Source: Selaginella moellendorffii (taxonomy: Eukaryota > Plantae > Lycopodiophyta). From it: a stretch of 64,000 bases of DNA. The notes beneath the pieces were generated by a model, which was not told the origin of the DNA, did not search any database, and saw nothing but the letters and a program-made list of their open reading frames with translations. Of the stretch, positions 20,703-32,387 are shown piece after piece. Location: contig NW_003314282.1 in NCBI RefSeq assembly GCF_000143415.4, positions 1,445,374 to 1,509,373 on the forward strand, written 5' to 3'. The stretch's first letter is position 1. Each line of letters starts with the position of its first letter. The position numbers and the translations under genes were made by a program.

Positions 20703-23700
20703 CTATGAGCTATGGTACAAGGTTCTGTGGGTATTGTTGGCAAGATCACCCGGTTGCTGTGTGGCCTAACGCCAACGAATGGTTAACTTCGCGGGGAAAC
20801 TCTACACTGCATACCTGAAAGTGGTGGTGGTGGTGGAACACTGGAGTGGCGGCGAACGATCCCGCGGGGTGGCCACCGATCCACTGGTGCTGCTGCGAGC
20901 TTCCAAATGCCACTGATGGAGCTACAAAACTATGGCCTGGAGCTGGAGCTAGAGCTGGAGTCGGAGCTGACAATCCGGGTCCGGGAGCGCTGTAGCTCCG
21001 GAGGGCCGAGTGGTGATCCGGATGTAAGTTCCAACTTAGATGCTGCTGGTGTTGGTGGTGGAGGTGGTGAGTGTGATTCTGCTCCTGCTGCTGCTGGGGA
21101 AGATGGTGTTCTTGCAGGGGTGAGAACAAGCGATTCCGGTCCTCGAGCCTGTATGTAACTTGGTGATGATCCTGCAACCACCATCGTCAAAGCTCTTAGC
21201 TAGCACACTCCCAAGTGAGAAAACCTCCAACCTTGCTCGTGGAGGAATCGTGGAGATGGCCGAGATGCGATGAAGGATACGTTGAATCTATGCTGCCGCG
21301 ATAAGGAGCTTCGGCCGCCTGTGCACGCATCAAGTTTGTGTTTAGTGTTCTGCCACAGTGAAAACGATGGATAAAGGGAGATTGATTTACCGGCCAGTTC
21401 AATCCAGTCTCCGAGGAGTTCACTCGCTTCCAAGCGTCTGATCCTCCCTCGACTGCTGGCCTTTGATCAGACGGGCTTGAGAGCGAGATCCCAAGATCAA
21501 GCTGTAAGCTCTCACTGCTCACGCCTGCATGACACACCAAAAAATCAATTGAGAGAGAGGACTTTTCAAGACCACGTAGTACTTGCCACCACGATTTCTA
21601 CGAAAAAGACGACCATCCTCTGTCGCTATCAATCAGTCAAGATCGAAAAGGCATCGAACTAACAAAGATGATACGACCAGGACGACGAAGAAAGACGAGC
21701 TGGTTACGTATACGTACCGCTTCCTTCCGTATGACCCTCCTTCTCATACGAGCTGGGATCGAAGTTCGTCACAGCGTCCCTTCCATTGCACCGAATCGCG
21801 GCTCGATCGTATGCCCTGCACTGCCAGTTGCAAGATTAGTGTCACGAACAAAAGAGAAAAAAGATTCGCAAAAGCGCTGCGAGATAAGATAATACTACCT
21901 TGCAGCTTCAACCTCGCTGTCGAAGAGTCCCAGGTATATGTACCTTTGAAAGAAGGAAAACGTACTAAAACATCAGTGACACTGGAGATTTTTTTGAGAG
22001 GATCGATATAGAAAAACGATTGCCAGGAAAACTACGTACTTCTTCCCGAGGAATTGTCCCATTCTCGCCTCCCAGCGGCCGCATTTGTGAAGTGTTACGC
22101 CCCTGAACTTCGAGCTCCCTCGCGAGAAGCCGGTGCTTTGACGACGCAGGATGTGAATGAATTCCTCCTTCGAGAGGTGTGCCATCTGCAAAGGCAGGAG
22201 CAAAAAAGAGAGAGTTTGTAAGACCATTTACGATATCTGATTGAGCTGCGCGCGTCTCGCTGCAGCTGCTACTGCTGCTGCGTACCTGTCTGATATCATC
22301 TTCGTAATCACTCAGGCTGAAATTTATGTCAGCATCCAGTCCTCGGAATTTGATAGCAGCTTTGTCATAGGCTCTGGAGAAACAAACGTCAATCAAATCC
22401 GAACATCAGAGGAGAGAAGACAAAACGAGAACTTGGATCGAAAAGATCGTCAGGAAAGTAAGAACCAACAACGATCCCTCCAACTTGAAAAAAAGAAACG
22501 GATAGAACACTCACTCACCTGGCAGCTGAGTGAGCTGTATCAAAACCACCTGGAAAAAAAAAAAGTTCGAGCACATCAGTCTAAGGAAAAAAAAACCATT
22601 TTTTTAGTTGGCTCACCTAAGTACACTTGCTTTCCGCAATCCCTGCAAATAGCAACCAAGAAAAACATGAGTTTGATTGAATCCAGATCTGAAGAAAGAG
22701 AAAAGAAATCCACAATCGCTCACCAGATATGAGACTCCCATCGCCCAGTTCTCCGGTAGAACGTCACTCCGCGATACTGGGAGCTGCGCGATCTCGGGCC
22801 ACGCCGGCTCTTCTTTGGCGGTTGACACACATCGCTCAGTCGTCCGGAGGTCTCGGACGAAGCTCGCTGATGGAACTCCAATCCCATCCACGGGGAGGAT
22901 CTCCCAGCGCCGAATCCATAGACACTCGCTGCTCCAGTCGGCGTCGCCGCCGTGGTGGCGGCGGCGTGTGTCGAAGGAGACGTCGACGACTCGAGTGGAA
23001 AGAGCTGGCGTGTGATGAGCGCCGCCTTGTCCTTGCATTGGAATCCATCGCTAACACCGATGAGAGTAGCGTCACTTCCAGCGTGACCTCCAACTCCCAG
23101 GATCTTGCAGCTCTCATCGCTGGATTCCGAGGGAGACGACACGAATATAGCGCAATTCCGCTCCACAGCGGAGCCGCCGCCGCCACCGCCGCCACCACTC
23201 TCGCCACCACCGCCAGCAGTGGTTCTCGACTCGAAGAACAAAACCGCGGTTCTTTGTCGCTTCACTGCGCCATCGATCTCCTCGAACACCTCCAGCTCCG
23301 GATCCACTGCTTTGCTGGACGCCTCCTCGAAATCCTCGGAGCTGCCGGACTCCGTGGCTGCGCCGGCACGGAGCTCCAGCCGAGCTCCTCCTCCTCCGCC
23401 GCCCCCCGTTGTGGCCACCGTCACCACCGCGGAGCTCGACGTACCGGAATTGACTTGCGAGGTCTCCACTTGATCGCAAGCACTGGATAGTGGAAGATTT
23501 GCTGCTGCTGCTACTGCTGATCCAGCCGCGAGGCCAATCGTGACATCCACGGATGATCCTGGAGACGAAGAAGCTCTTGGCCGCCTGGTGGACAAACTAC
23601 TGTCGCCTTGATTCCCAGCTCGCGGAGTTATCACGCTACTGCTACCGAGGAGTTGCTGTTGCTTTCCATCGTTCGAGGCAGCGAGAGGAGCTTCCGCTCC

Positions 23701-23781
23701 ACCACTGGCACCGCCGCCACCACCGCCACCACCGCCACTTCCAAGCGCTAGCAGCGGTGCCTCGTTAAGGTCCAACATCAT
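20703..23781 (-). CDS. AP2: euAP2 (APETALA2-like) transcription factor, two AP2 domains, ~10 exons
   Basis: N-terminal MLDLN motif, [40 protein letters not shown]|DCGKQVYLG|GFDTAHSAA|[19 protein letters not shown], linker [49 protein letters not shown]-like LDLGIS. The last exon ATQQPGD..HSS* has its stop at 20703-20705. Confidence 0.95.
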
Positions 23782-25196
23782 CTTCTTCCTTAGAACTCCT
23801 TCCTAGGATCTCGTTTCTCAAAGGTTTCTTGTCTCTTTTTTTTCACTTTTATGCTGCTTCTCGACGAGGCTATCTCTCCATCATCCTGTCCTCCATAGCC
23901 AGAGAGATTATAAAGATAGGAAATGGAGAAAACTTTCGCTACCACTGTCCCAGTCCCAGCAGTACTCTCAAGAATCCCATTCGCTGGTTTGGCTGGAAGG
24001 ACTGTTGGAAGATGTTTGGAGGAGGAGGAGGAGAATTCGGCATTTCTTTGCTGTGGGAGCGATGGATTGTTGTACAAAACCAGAAAAACCAGATAGGCCC
24101 TTGTCAATCCTTAAAGCTTCCACATTTGTCTGCTAGCTGCCTTAGTTGTTCGCAACTGGCCGAGGGAAAAGATGGAAGCTCTCGAGAAAGAAATGGAGAG
24201 ATGATCAAAGAAAGTGGAAGCTTTTTGTATAGCTATGGATGGAGTCTGGGCTCGGAGGTTATGGACAAATCGACAAACGCGCTGGAGTGCCGCAGAACGG
24301 AACACTCGAGAAGCCAAGGAAGCCGTGACAAGTTGTCGAGCAGCAGTGTGGAAGGAAATGATGGAAGAACGGAGAAAAGAGAGCGAGAGAAAAGAATGCT
24401 GGCTCCAATCCTCAGCTCAGCTCATAACAGTGATGGAATGGAATCCTTGGAGCACAGCAGCAGTGGCCAACGTTAGATCAATTGACAGGCAGCTCGCCAA
24501 AGCCGGAGTGGAAAGAAGAAAAGGAAAAGCTGATATTTCGTCGGTGATCCCATAAGTGGCAAAGCTTAAATCTATGCATCTATCTGATCACCCAGTATGG
24601 CATTGATTGATCGATGGCGAGACGAGAAAAAATGGGAAGAGCAAGGGTGACGGATGGATTGATTGGGTCAACAACGCAAACCAAATTAAGAAGCTCGGAC
24701 AAGCCTCCGGCAAAGGCTGGGACAAGCAAGGATGGCGTTGTTGTTTGCAGCAGAAGCGAAGGAGGGACAAAGGGAAGAAGAAGGAAAGAAAAGAGAGATT
24801 TGGAAGAAAATGGGAGTGATGAGCGTCACAAGCAGTGATTTTCACCTGTAGAAAGATCACATCTTTGAATGCCAGAAAGAAAGCCCTCCTCTTGATCTTC
24901 CTCCTCCCTTGTTCTTCTCGCAGCTCCTCCCCCCTGGCGAATCCGCGACGTGCGTACTGCCCTCATTCACACACTTCATCGCTCTCGCTCACTCGCTCGC
25001 TCCTCCCTCTCTCTCTCGCTCTCACTCTGATCGCTGCCTCTGGAGTCTGGATCGCTGGCGCTGCTACTGCCGCTGCTAATCTCTGCGCTGGGCCACTGCG
25101 ATCGCGCGCTTTTAGCTCGGCGACTATCGCAAGACAGCGAGAGCAGCACAGGAAGAACGAAAAATAAGGCCTAATCTCCGAAAGCGAATCCCAGGT

Positions 25197-25411
25197 CGTC
25201 GGATCGGCCCCATCCGACGGCCAGAGCGGCGAGGCATTCCGCCACTCCCGCGCCGCCGCGTGGCGGATTGGCAGCCGTCGAGATGCCCACTCCCGATCCC
25301 GCCACGATGTGGACGAAACCCTCCGTCGGATCCGGCTCCATCCGACGGCAGGAGATGTCCCAAACACACGAACGGCGGACGACGAACGTGGCCCGCCGTA
25401 CTCCGTCGGAT
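25197..25411. promoter_or_regulatory. Cluster of CCGTCGGAT/ATCCGACGG motifs upstream of the AP2 gene
   Basis: Copies at 25197, 25212, 25323, 25340 and 25403, a variant at 25274, and two inverted pairs. Confidence 0.45.
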
Positions 25412-26466
25412 TGGGGATGGGACGTTGTACTGCGCGGCTTACGTGCAGCCGGGGGGCCCAAAGTTTTGGTCCACTTCCGTACATTGGTCGATACCGATGT
25501 GGCTATACTATAAGTCTATGACACTTGATAGATGTATCGTGTGCATATTTCTCCATATAGTGAGACATTAGGAAATATATATTTCCTTGGCATTGGGAGT
25601 GGCCACGCCTCCCCTCGTGGAAAAAATATCACATGGTTTGAGAAGAAATTTTTTTGATCAATCAAAGGGACGCCCACTTGCGGTTGGTGGATCGAACTCA
25701 GCACCAGTAGATAGATTAGAAAAAAGAGAAAAAAAAGAAAAATTAGACGCAACAAGAGGTATACAATAATTTAACTGGAGATCGAATCACCACAGTGTTT
25801 AGTTTAACTTACTCACATCGATAAAGACTCTTTATGCCCTTAGGGCATTGGCTAATCCAAGGCTTATTAAACCCAATAGCATTGATCCTCCAAGGCACCT
25901 TTTTTTGATACCCACGACTTTGGACCTTCGGAAATATTCACGTTTTAAACTCTAGATCTTATAATGCGGTCCTCTTTCTCTTTGGCCTTTTGGCCATTAG
26001 AGAGTCCCACACGTTGCGCTATACAAATATCAACAATGCGACAGATCAACGGCCCTGGTTGCTTACATCGGCGACGTGGATAGGCCCAGGCCACGCCATT
26101 TTTGTTTAGTTGGGGAAGATTCTGATTGGGCATCGGATTGCGTAGGATCGATTCTTTCGCTTTGATAGATTTTTATATGGGGTAAAAAGGTACAATGTGC
26201 TAAGAGATTAAACAAGTGTATGGTACCTTGTCAAGGTTCGCTACGATAAAAGCAAAGATCTCGGGCGATCTTGGGGGCTTGTTGTTTGTTCCCCTCTTGT
26301 TTTGGGCTAATTGATATTATTATCAGCTGGATGGCATGTTTTTAGTGCTAAGCGAGCGAGGACAATCACACAGGGTCGCTAGTCTTTCTCGGACTCACAC
26401 ACGCATTGGGCTCGTTGATCACATGCTTAGTGCACAGAATTATATAAAACTGGGTCCGCTCGTGTT

Positions 26467-26498
26467 TGTGTGTGTGTGTGTGTGTGTGTGGGTGTGTG
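26467..26498. repeat. (GT)n microsatellite
   Basis: tgtgtgtgtgtgtgtgtgtgtgtgggtgtgtg. Confidence 0.85.
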
Positions 26499-27488
26499 CG
26501 GGTGTCAAAGGAAGGAAGAAAAGGTCATCGACAATCAGGCCACGAGCAAATCAATCGCAACTTTTCAACCTCCATATAAAGTTCGTCGAGATTCTCCAGG
26601 CCACCCAAGTAGCAAGTTGCAAAGTTCGATTTAGCCCTAAAGCCCCGCCACCTTTCCCCTTCTCCGAAACCGATTGATAGACCCGCTCGCGAATCAATCC
26701 CAGCTGGATGGCGTGGCGTGGAATTTTTAAACCTCCCCCCCGCCCGCCCCGTACGGTACGGCCCCTGCATTCCCATCTTTTATAGATAAAAGCGAGCGAC
26801 TAGGGCAGTACGGCAGTGATTGGAAAAGGAGATGATCCCTTTCAAGTGTGGGAACGGTCGAACGACACACGCACCGTACAAAAGCATTTGATAACATCCA
26901 AGGTATTTGCCGAGGGAGGTATGCCTTAGATATTGTGGAGTTATAACCCTTCGTATATATAGGATTGTCCTTGTCAAAGTACCGCCCCCCCATGGGAGAG
27001 TTTAAAGTGGTCATCTTCTTTTTTTCTCTCCTCGCAGGGTGGTGGCGAAATCTAGCCGTAGAAAAGATCTGAGCCCTAGATAGGCCTCCCTATCCTAGGC
27101 CGTTGCTTTTCCACGCTAGCTAGTGTAGTACTTGGCGTTCCATTCTTCTCTCCCTGTCAAAGACGTATACCCTAGCTGGGGCCGCCACCTTTTCGGGCCA
27201 TTTGTTCTAAGTTAGGGCAGACCACCACGTATCTTTTTCGTCTTTTCTCCCTTTTACTTATTCCAACGGTATCTATGCGTGCATGTACAATCACCCTCTA
27301 TTGAGGGAAACCATATAATTCCCGCGAGTGCGACCATTGCCTTCACAGTACTGCTGTATATATATCCTTTGGAGTACTTTACTCGTTCTTCCAACTTTCC
27401 CCTTTGAACGAAACACGATTTCAACCCATTCTTTTTGTGATTTCGCTCGCTTAGAAAGAGAGAGTTGATTGATTATATTCTTCTTACT

Positions 27489-27980
27489 TTAGCTCTCTTG
27501 CAACTCTGACGCGGCAAGGACAAGGGAGGCGATGTTCTTGGCGAAAACAGCCTCCATAAACTCGATAATTTCGCGTGAGTTCTTCGTCTCGCAGCGCGAG
27601 ATCTCAAACCTCCACTCCACCCTCGACTTTGCCGAGTCCTGCTCGCTCGCCGACACCGTGAAAGTGGAACTGTAGCCGCTCGACAGTGGATCGATGTTGC
27701 CATCCTCGAGAACATACGTGAACGAGCGAGCGCTGGGATCCATAGCCACAAGCTTCTCCGTGATCCAGGACTTTTGGCCGTCTTGGCGCGGGAGGGAGGT
27801 CCCGACGACGAGCCTCACGCAGCCGGGAGCTCGGTCGCCATCGCCTTGGATGCGCCGGCACTCCTCGATCAGGGGCATCCACTTGCACAGCCCGCAAAAA
27901 TCCGAGGCTAGCTCCCACAACTTGGCGGCCGGGGCGTCCACAATTCGGGTCACCCCGCCGCTCCATTTGTCCCCCACCAT
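27489..27980 (-). CDS. START/Bet v1-like (polyketide cyclase/dehydrase, lachrymatory-factor-synthase-like) protein
   Basis: KWSG...I.APA.KLWEL..DF..L.KW.P....C....G....PGCVR, W.TEKL..MDP..RSFTY...DGNI, VEW.FE. Confidence 0.88.
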   Translation of the reverse strand: MVGDKWSGGVTRIVDAPAAKLWELASDFCGLCKWMPLIEECRRIQGDGDRAPGCVRLVVGTSLPRQDGQKSWITEKLVAMDPSARSFTYVLEDGNIDPLSSGYSSTFTVSASEQDSAKSRVEWRFEISRCETKNSREIIEFMEAVFAKNIASLVLAASELQES

Positions 27981-29953
27981 GAATTCTCTCCCGGAAACGA
28001 GGGAGAAAACTCTGAGTCACAGATAGAAAATTTTCCTGAAAAAAAAATTACCAAATTTTCCTTGAAAGAACCAATTTTTCCTGGAAGAAACCTTTGAAAA
28101 AATGGTGTGCACACACCTTTGATCGTATTCAATTCGAGCGAGCTACCGAAATTCTAGCTCCAGGAAGTCCGTCCGAGCGAATTAACTGCGGCGAGAAAGA
28201 AAGATGGAAGCGATCCAAAGTCAGTCAACCAAAAGACGGATTTTTTCGGCTCGCACCAAGTCGTAAAGCAAGTACCTGTTGCTCGGAAGAAGATGGATAT
28301 TCACATCCACAAGCTTGGAGATAAAAGGAAACAGGAAAAATCAGCCGAGAATCCAAAACCATGTACCTCTTTGCGTCGATCGGACACAACTCACAGCGAT
28401 GGGATAGAAGGCCGGCCTCGCGCAATAATAGACACGGGTTCCTCAATTGTTCGTCGTCTTCCTTGTGTTCTCTTTTTCTTTCCATTTTTTTTTGGGCTCC
28501 CATCTTTCAATTCGTCCAGCAGGAAAAAGGTCCCATTTGGCCCTGCGCGATCATAGAAAACCAAGATCTCAAGCAAGGTTGAGAGCTTACTTTACCTCTT
28601 CCAAATTTCCGGGTACAGATTTTGTCCGCCTCCGGCCAAACATCCATCGATTTTTCTTCTCGTTTTTTCTTTTCTCCTCCTCTGCCTTTTTCGCGACTGT
28701 GCCTGTTGTTGTTGGTTGTTAGAAGTGGCTTTCAATCCCAGCTGGTGAAGCACAGTCGCTTGTGGTCCTGAAGAGAAGAAAACAACCAAAACAAAACGAT
28801 ATTGGAATCTCTGCAAGAACTATATAAGAAACCATCAACAGGCACATTGAAAATCCATAGAATAATAAAAATCGGGGAATGAATGAGGGTTCGTCGACGA
28901 CTTGCCTGTTTTCTAAAACAGTGGCCACCGACAGTTGAGAATCGCTCCAAAAAAGCTCCACGATTAAAAATTCTCGGAGCTCGCAGAAGCAGTGAGAAAC
29001 TTTCTACCTCTCTGCGAGGCCCCTGTTTTGTTCTCGCGCTGTCCAAGAAGCTTTGCGGGTAAATTCGAGTCAGTGGATCCATTCGAGGAAGAAGTGAAGA
29101 AAAAAAAAAAAAAAACTTTGCTCTTTACCTACCTTTGTTTTGTTCTCGCACTGTTCTTCCCTTTCGATGCCACAATTATTGCCACTCCTTTGGTGTTTGC
29201 TGGCTGGCTGGCCGGATGAATCTCGCGAAAAAACTTTGCCGTGGCAGCCAGGTAGTCTGGTTGGAAATCACACACGAAAGAAAATAAAGAGGAACCCACG
29301 GACAGGAAAAGGAAAAAAAAAAAAAAAAAAAATCCCAGAGATTCATATTCGTTTCTCGCCGGATCATGGTGTCCACTAGCGAGCGATCCTTTCTTTCCTC
29401 CACTAGCGTGCCACGTTTTTTCCATTAGCTCGTCCTTTCACCTCGTCGGAACTAAATCGCATCACATACCTGCGAAAATGCGAACAAGATCTCCTGATAA
29501 ACCAACTTTTTTTTGGGAGCGATCTTTGCAAGCCCTAGATTCCCCAAAAGATGCTTCTCTCCTAGATTCTAAAAAATACTAGCATTTTTGGGTGGAATAG
29601 GTTTTGCATGTTACAGAGCATAACAGGTGGATCCATGCAATCCAAATGCTTGCCACAGTGAATTATATAGACACTGTGCTCTCGAAATGTTAAAAGCATA
29701 CAGTTAAGTTTTACCGAATGATTCAAAAGTTACATTGGGCATTCATATGTATGAGAATGTGCTTTTGATATTGTTTTAATCCGTACATTAAGGAATATAC
29801 ATATACATTTTTTTGAAAAATACTAGCATCTTTTGGGAAGTCTAGGATTTTTAACTCATATGAACCCTAGATATGATTTCTAGGGTTCATGCGACACCTA
29901 AACCCTAGATTCTGAAAAGATGCCGTTAAACCTTAGGTCTTATACTGTCTTTC

Positions 29954-32002
29954 CTAGGAGCCACCGAACAGATCGTTCACCATCTTCTCCAGCTCCTCGG
30001 GCGTATACTTGATATACTTTTGCGGATTCCTCTCGCTCTCGAGGTAGATCTTATACCGCCCCAGGAACGCGCGGTACCCCTGGATGAGCTTCTCCGCCAC
30101 CGAGATCCGCAGCTCCGACCGCAGCTGCGAGTCCGGGACGCACCACCCCGACTGCGTCCGGTGGATCTCCTCCAACGCGCTGTTGAAGCTCTTGAATCTC
30201 TCCTTGAGCACCGCCTTGGACACCCCGGTGGAGAAGCTCCCCCCGGATCGTATCCCCTCGTCCTTGAGGCAGGCAAGAACTTTCACCCACGCCGATCGCT
30301 CGTAGCTCTTGGCGTGCTGCCGGACCTGCGCCGAGTGGCGGCGCATCCAGTCGTCGCCCAGCAGCGAGCTCAGCTCCGAGTGACGCACCTTCTGGACGAT
30401 GTATCTCACGTTGTTCATGAGGAAGAGGTTCGTGAGCGCCAGATCCTTGTAGAGCTTGGACTTGTTGTCTAAGTTGGCCTCGAGGAGGTGGATGATCCAG
30501 ATGAACTGGACCGCGAGCGGGGACGTGTTCTCCGCAGGGACGCTCGAGTACTGGTGGTGGTGGTGGTAGTACTCGTCGCTGCTACCGTAGTAGCCACCGC
30601 CGCCGCGAGCAAACTCGTCACCGGGAACCACTGGCACCGCCGGCTTCTCCCCGAAGAGCTTCTTGAGCGTGTCGACGTAAACCAGGAGGAAGCGCAGGTA
30701 GTTCATCACGAAGCGAGTGAGCGGATGGAGCGCTCCTCGAGGCACCGGCGTCTTTGGAGGATCTCGCTGGACCGCGTTCTCAAACTCGGCGAACGTCCCC
30801 TTGGCGGCCTCCCCCAGCCGCAGCAGCACCCCGGACGCCTCCTCTCGGACGCTCAGGCAGCTCTCCCCGGAAAAGATGGAGTGGATCTCCGGCAGCAAGT
30901 CCCGCAGCTTCTCGTACATGTCGAGGATGGTGATGAGCTTGTCCGTCTCCCGCTTGCCGATGGCCACCGCCTCGCCGAAGCACAGCAGCTGCATCATGAT
31001 CCCCTTGGCCAGCTCCGCGAAGCAGCTCTCCTCCACCCCGCCGGGGATGCCTTCCAACACCTGGTCGCACAGCTGCCGCTCGCTCGCGAACAGCACCTTG
31101 ACGCCAACGTCCATGACTTGGATCCACTTCTTGATCTTGTTCTGGAGCAGCTCCCACGGCATCCGCTGCGTCTCGTCGATGCCGAGCCTGTCCATCCCCA
31201 GCCGCTGTAGGCTCTCCTCCAGCACCACCTTTCTCACGCTGCCGTAAATCTGGCAGCACTCGAGCTTGCAGTGCCCCTGGACGAGCCTCTTCGCGATATC
31301 GTTGAGACTCTCCACCACGTCGGGTGGCAGGAGCTCGATCACCGGATTCAAGTCGGTCACTGGCCGAGCAACAGGAACGTCCTCGTCGTTGTCATCGTCG
31401 GAGCTGTTCTCGCCCTCCTCGTCGCGGTAGGTCCCCGCGATGGAAGACCCTTCACCATCGTCGTCACAGTTGGAGTTGAAAGACGAGGACGCAGCAGCAG
31501 CCATGGACGAGCTCGCGAAGGAGTCGAGCAGCCGCTCTGGATCCACTGGCCCGCTCGTCGTCTCGAGCAGGCATCTAAACTCGTCCTCCAACCGAGCCAT
31601 GGAGACGTGGAGCAAATTCTGCGCTCGCTCCACCCCGGCTCTTCTCTGCGAGAGTGACAAGCTCTCCAAGATGTTCTGGACCTCGTCCACGGCGTGGAGG
31701 TAGTCCACAGCGTCGTCATTCGAATCCCAGATCATCTTCGTCCACGCAGCGTCGGAGGAGGCCTTGTCCCAGCGCATGATCACCTCCTCCGCGGCATCCA
31801 GGCTATCCGCGAAGCCATCCGGGAGCACCGACGTCGAAGAAGCGCTCGCGATCGTCTTCTTGGAGAGGAGCTCGTGGAAGCGATTGTCAAACTTGGAGAG
31901 GATCTCTATCATGTCGTCGGTCGTGGCATCTGTGGTTCCCAGCGATCTCACAATGTGCTGTGCCGTGGCTAGAACACGCTCCTCCCCGTCCAGCGCCGCC
32001 AT
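29954..32002 (-). CDS. EXO70: Exocyst complex subunit EXO70 family protein, intronless
   Basis: MARLEDEFR.LL, KIKKWI, LFASERQLCDQV, LDMYE.L.DL, GALHPLTRFVMNYL, LFLMNNVRYIV.KV, LKERFKSFN..LEE....QS.W.VPD.QLR.ELR, YRAFLGR, KYTPEELE..V.DLF.G. Confidence 0.96.
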   Translation of the reverse strand: MAALDGEERVLATAQHIVRSLGTTDATTDDMIEILSKFDNRFHELLSKKTIASASSTSVLPDGFADSLDAAEEVIMRWDKASSDAAWTKMIWDSNDDAVDYLHAVDEVQNILESLSLSQRRAGVERAQNLLHVSMARLEDEFRCLLETTSGPVDPERLLDSFASSSMAAAASSSFNSNCDDDGEGSSIAGTYRDEEGENSSDDDNDEDVPVARPVTDLNPVIELLPPDVVESLNDIAKRLVQGHCKLECCQIYGSVRKVVLEESLQRLGMDRLGIDETQRMPWELLQNKIKKWIQVMDVGVKVLFASERQLCDQVLEGIPGGVEESCFAELAKGIMMQLLCFGEAVAIGKRETDKLITILDMYEKLRDLLPEIHSIFSGESCLSVREEASGVLLRLGEAAKGTFAEFENAVQRDPPKTPVPRGALHPLTRFVMNYLRFLLVYVDTLKKLFGEKPAVPVVPGDEFARGGGGYYGSSDEYYHHHHQYSSVPAENTSPLAVQFIWIIHLLEANLDNKSKLYKDLALTNLFLMNNVRYIVQKVRHSELSSLLGDDWMRRHSAQVRQHAKSYERSAWVKVLACLKDEGIRSGGSFSTGVSKAVLKERFKSFNSALEEIHRTQSGWCVPDSQLRSELRISVAEKLIQGYRAFLGRYKIYLESERNPQKYIKYTPEELEKMVNDLFGGS

Positions 32003-32387
32003 TCCCTGGATCTTCCCCTTCCTAGCTCCTTTCTACCTCTAGCTCTGGCAAGTAAACCCTCGGTTCCACGGCGCCAGGCCGCGCGGGCATCGATCGGCCG
32101 CGGATTCGAGCGATTCACCCTCGACTCTCCGCTGCGGGCGAGAAATCTTTGTACCTGGGAGTGGCGAATGCGCCAGCGCCAGCCTTGAATGCACGCCGGA
32201 TGGAGCCAAATCCAGTGCTGCTCTTAGGCGCATTCACGGAGATTCTTCCGTGAGCGCGTTGCTCGCCTCGCGCTCCTCTCGATCGATGGATGTCTCACTG
32301 GCTAGGGTTTCCAGTCCACATCTTGACGAGGAAGAAGAAATTGCCGGCGTATATTCCCTCTCTTTGCTGGTTTTAACAGTGTGAGGG

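Noticed and set aside
21157-21178. miR172-like sequence TGCAGGATCATCA in AP2 (minus strand)
   Set aside because: It straddles a predicted splice acceptor (ttgcag|GATCAT), so it is absent from the mature mRNA, and the 3' half does not match.
28874-28897. GGGGAATGAA, matching part of the miR166 complement
   Set aside because: Only 10 nt match and I saw no supporting hairpin arm.
29860-29910. Telomere-like CCCTA/TAGGG motifs as an interstitial telomere
   Set aside because: They are scattered single motifs, not a tandem TTTAGGG array.
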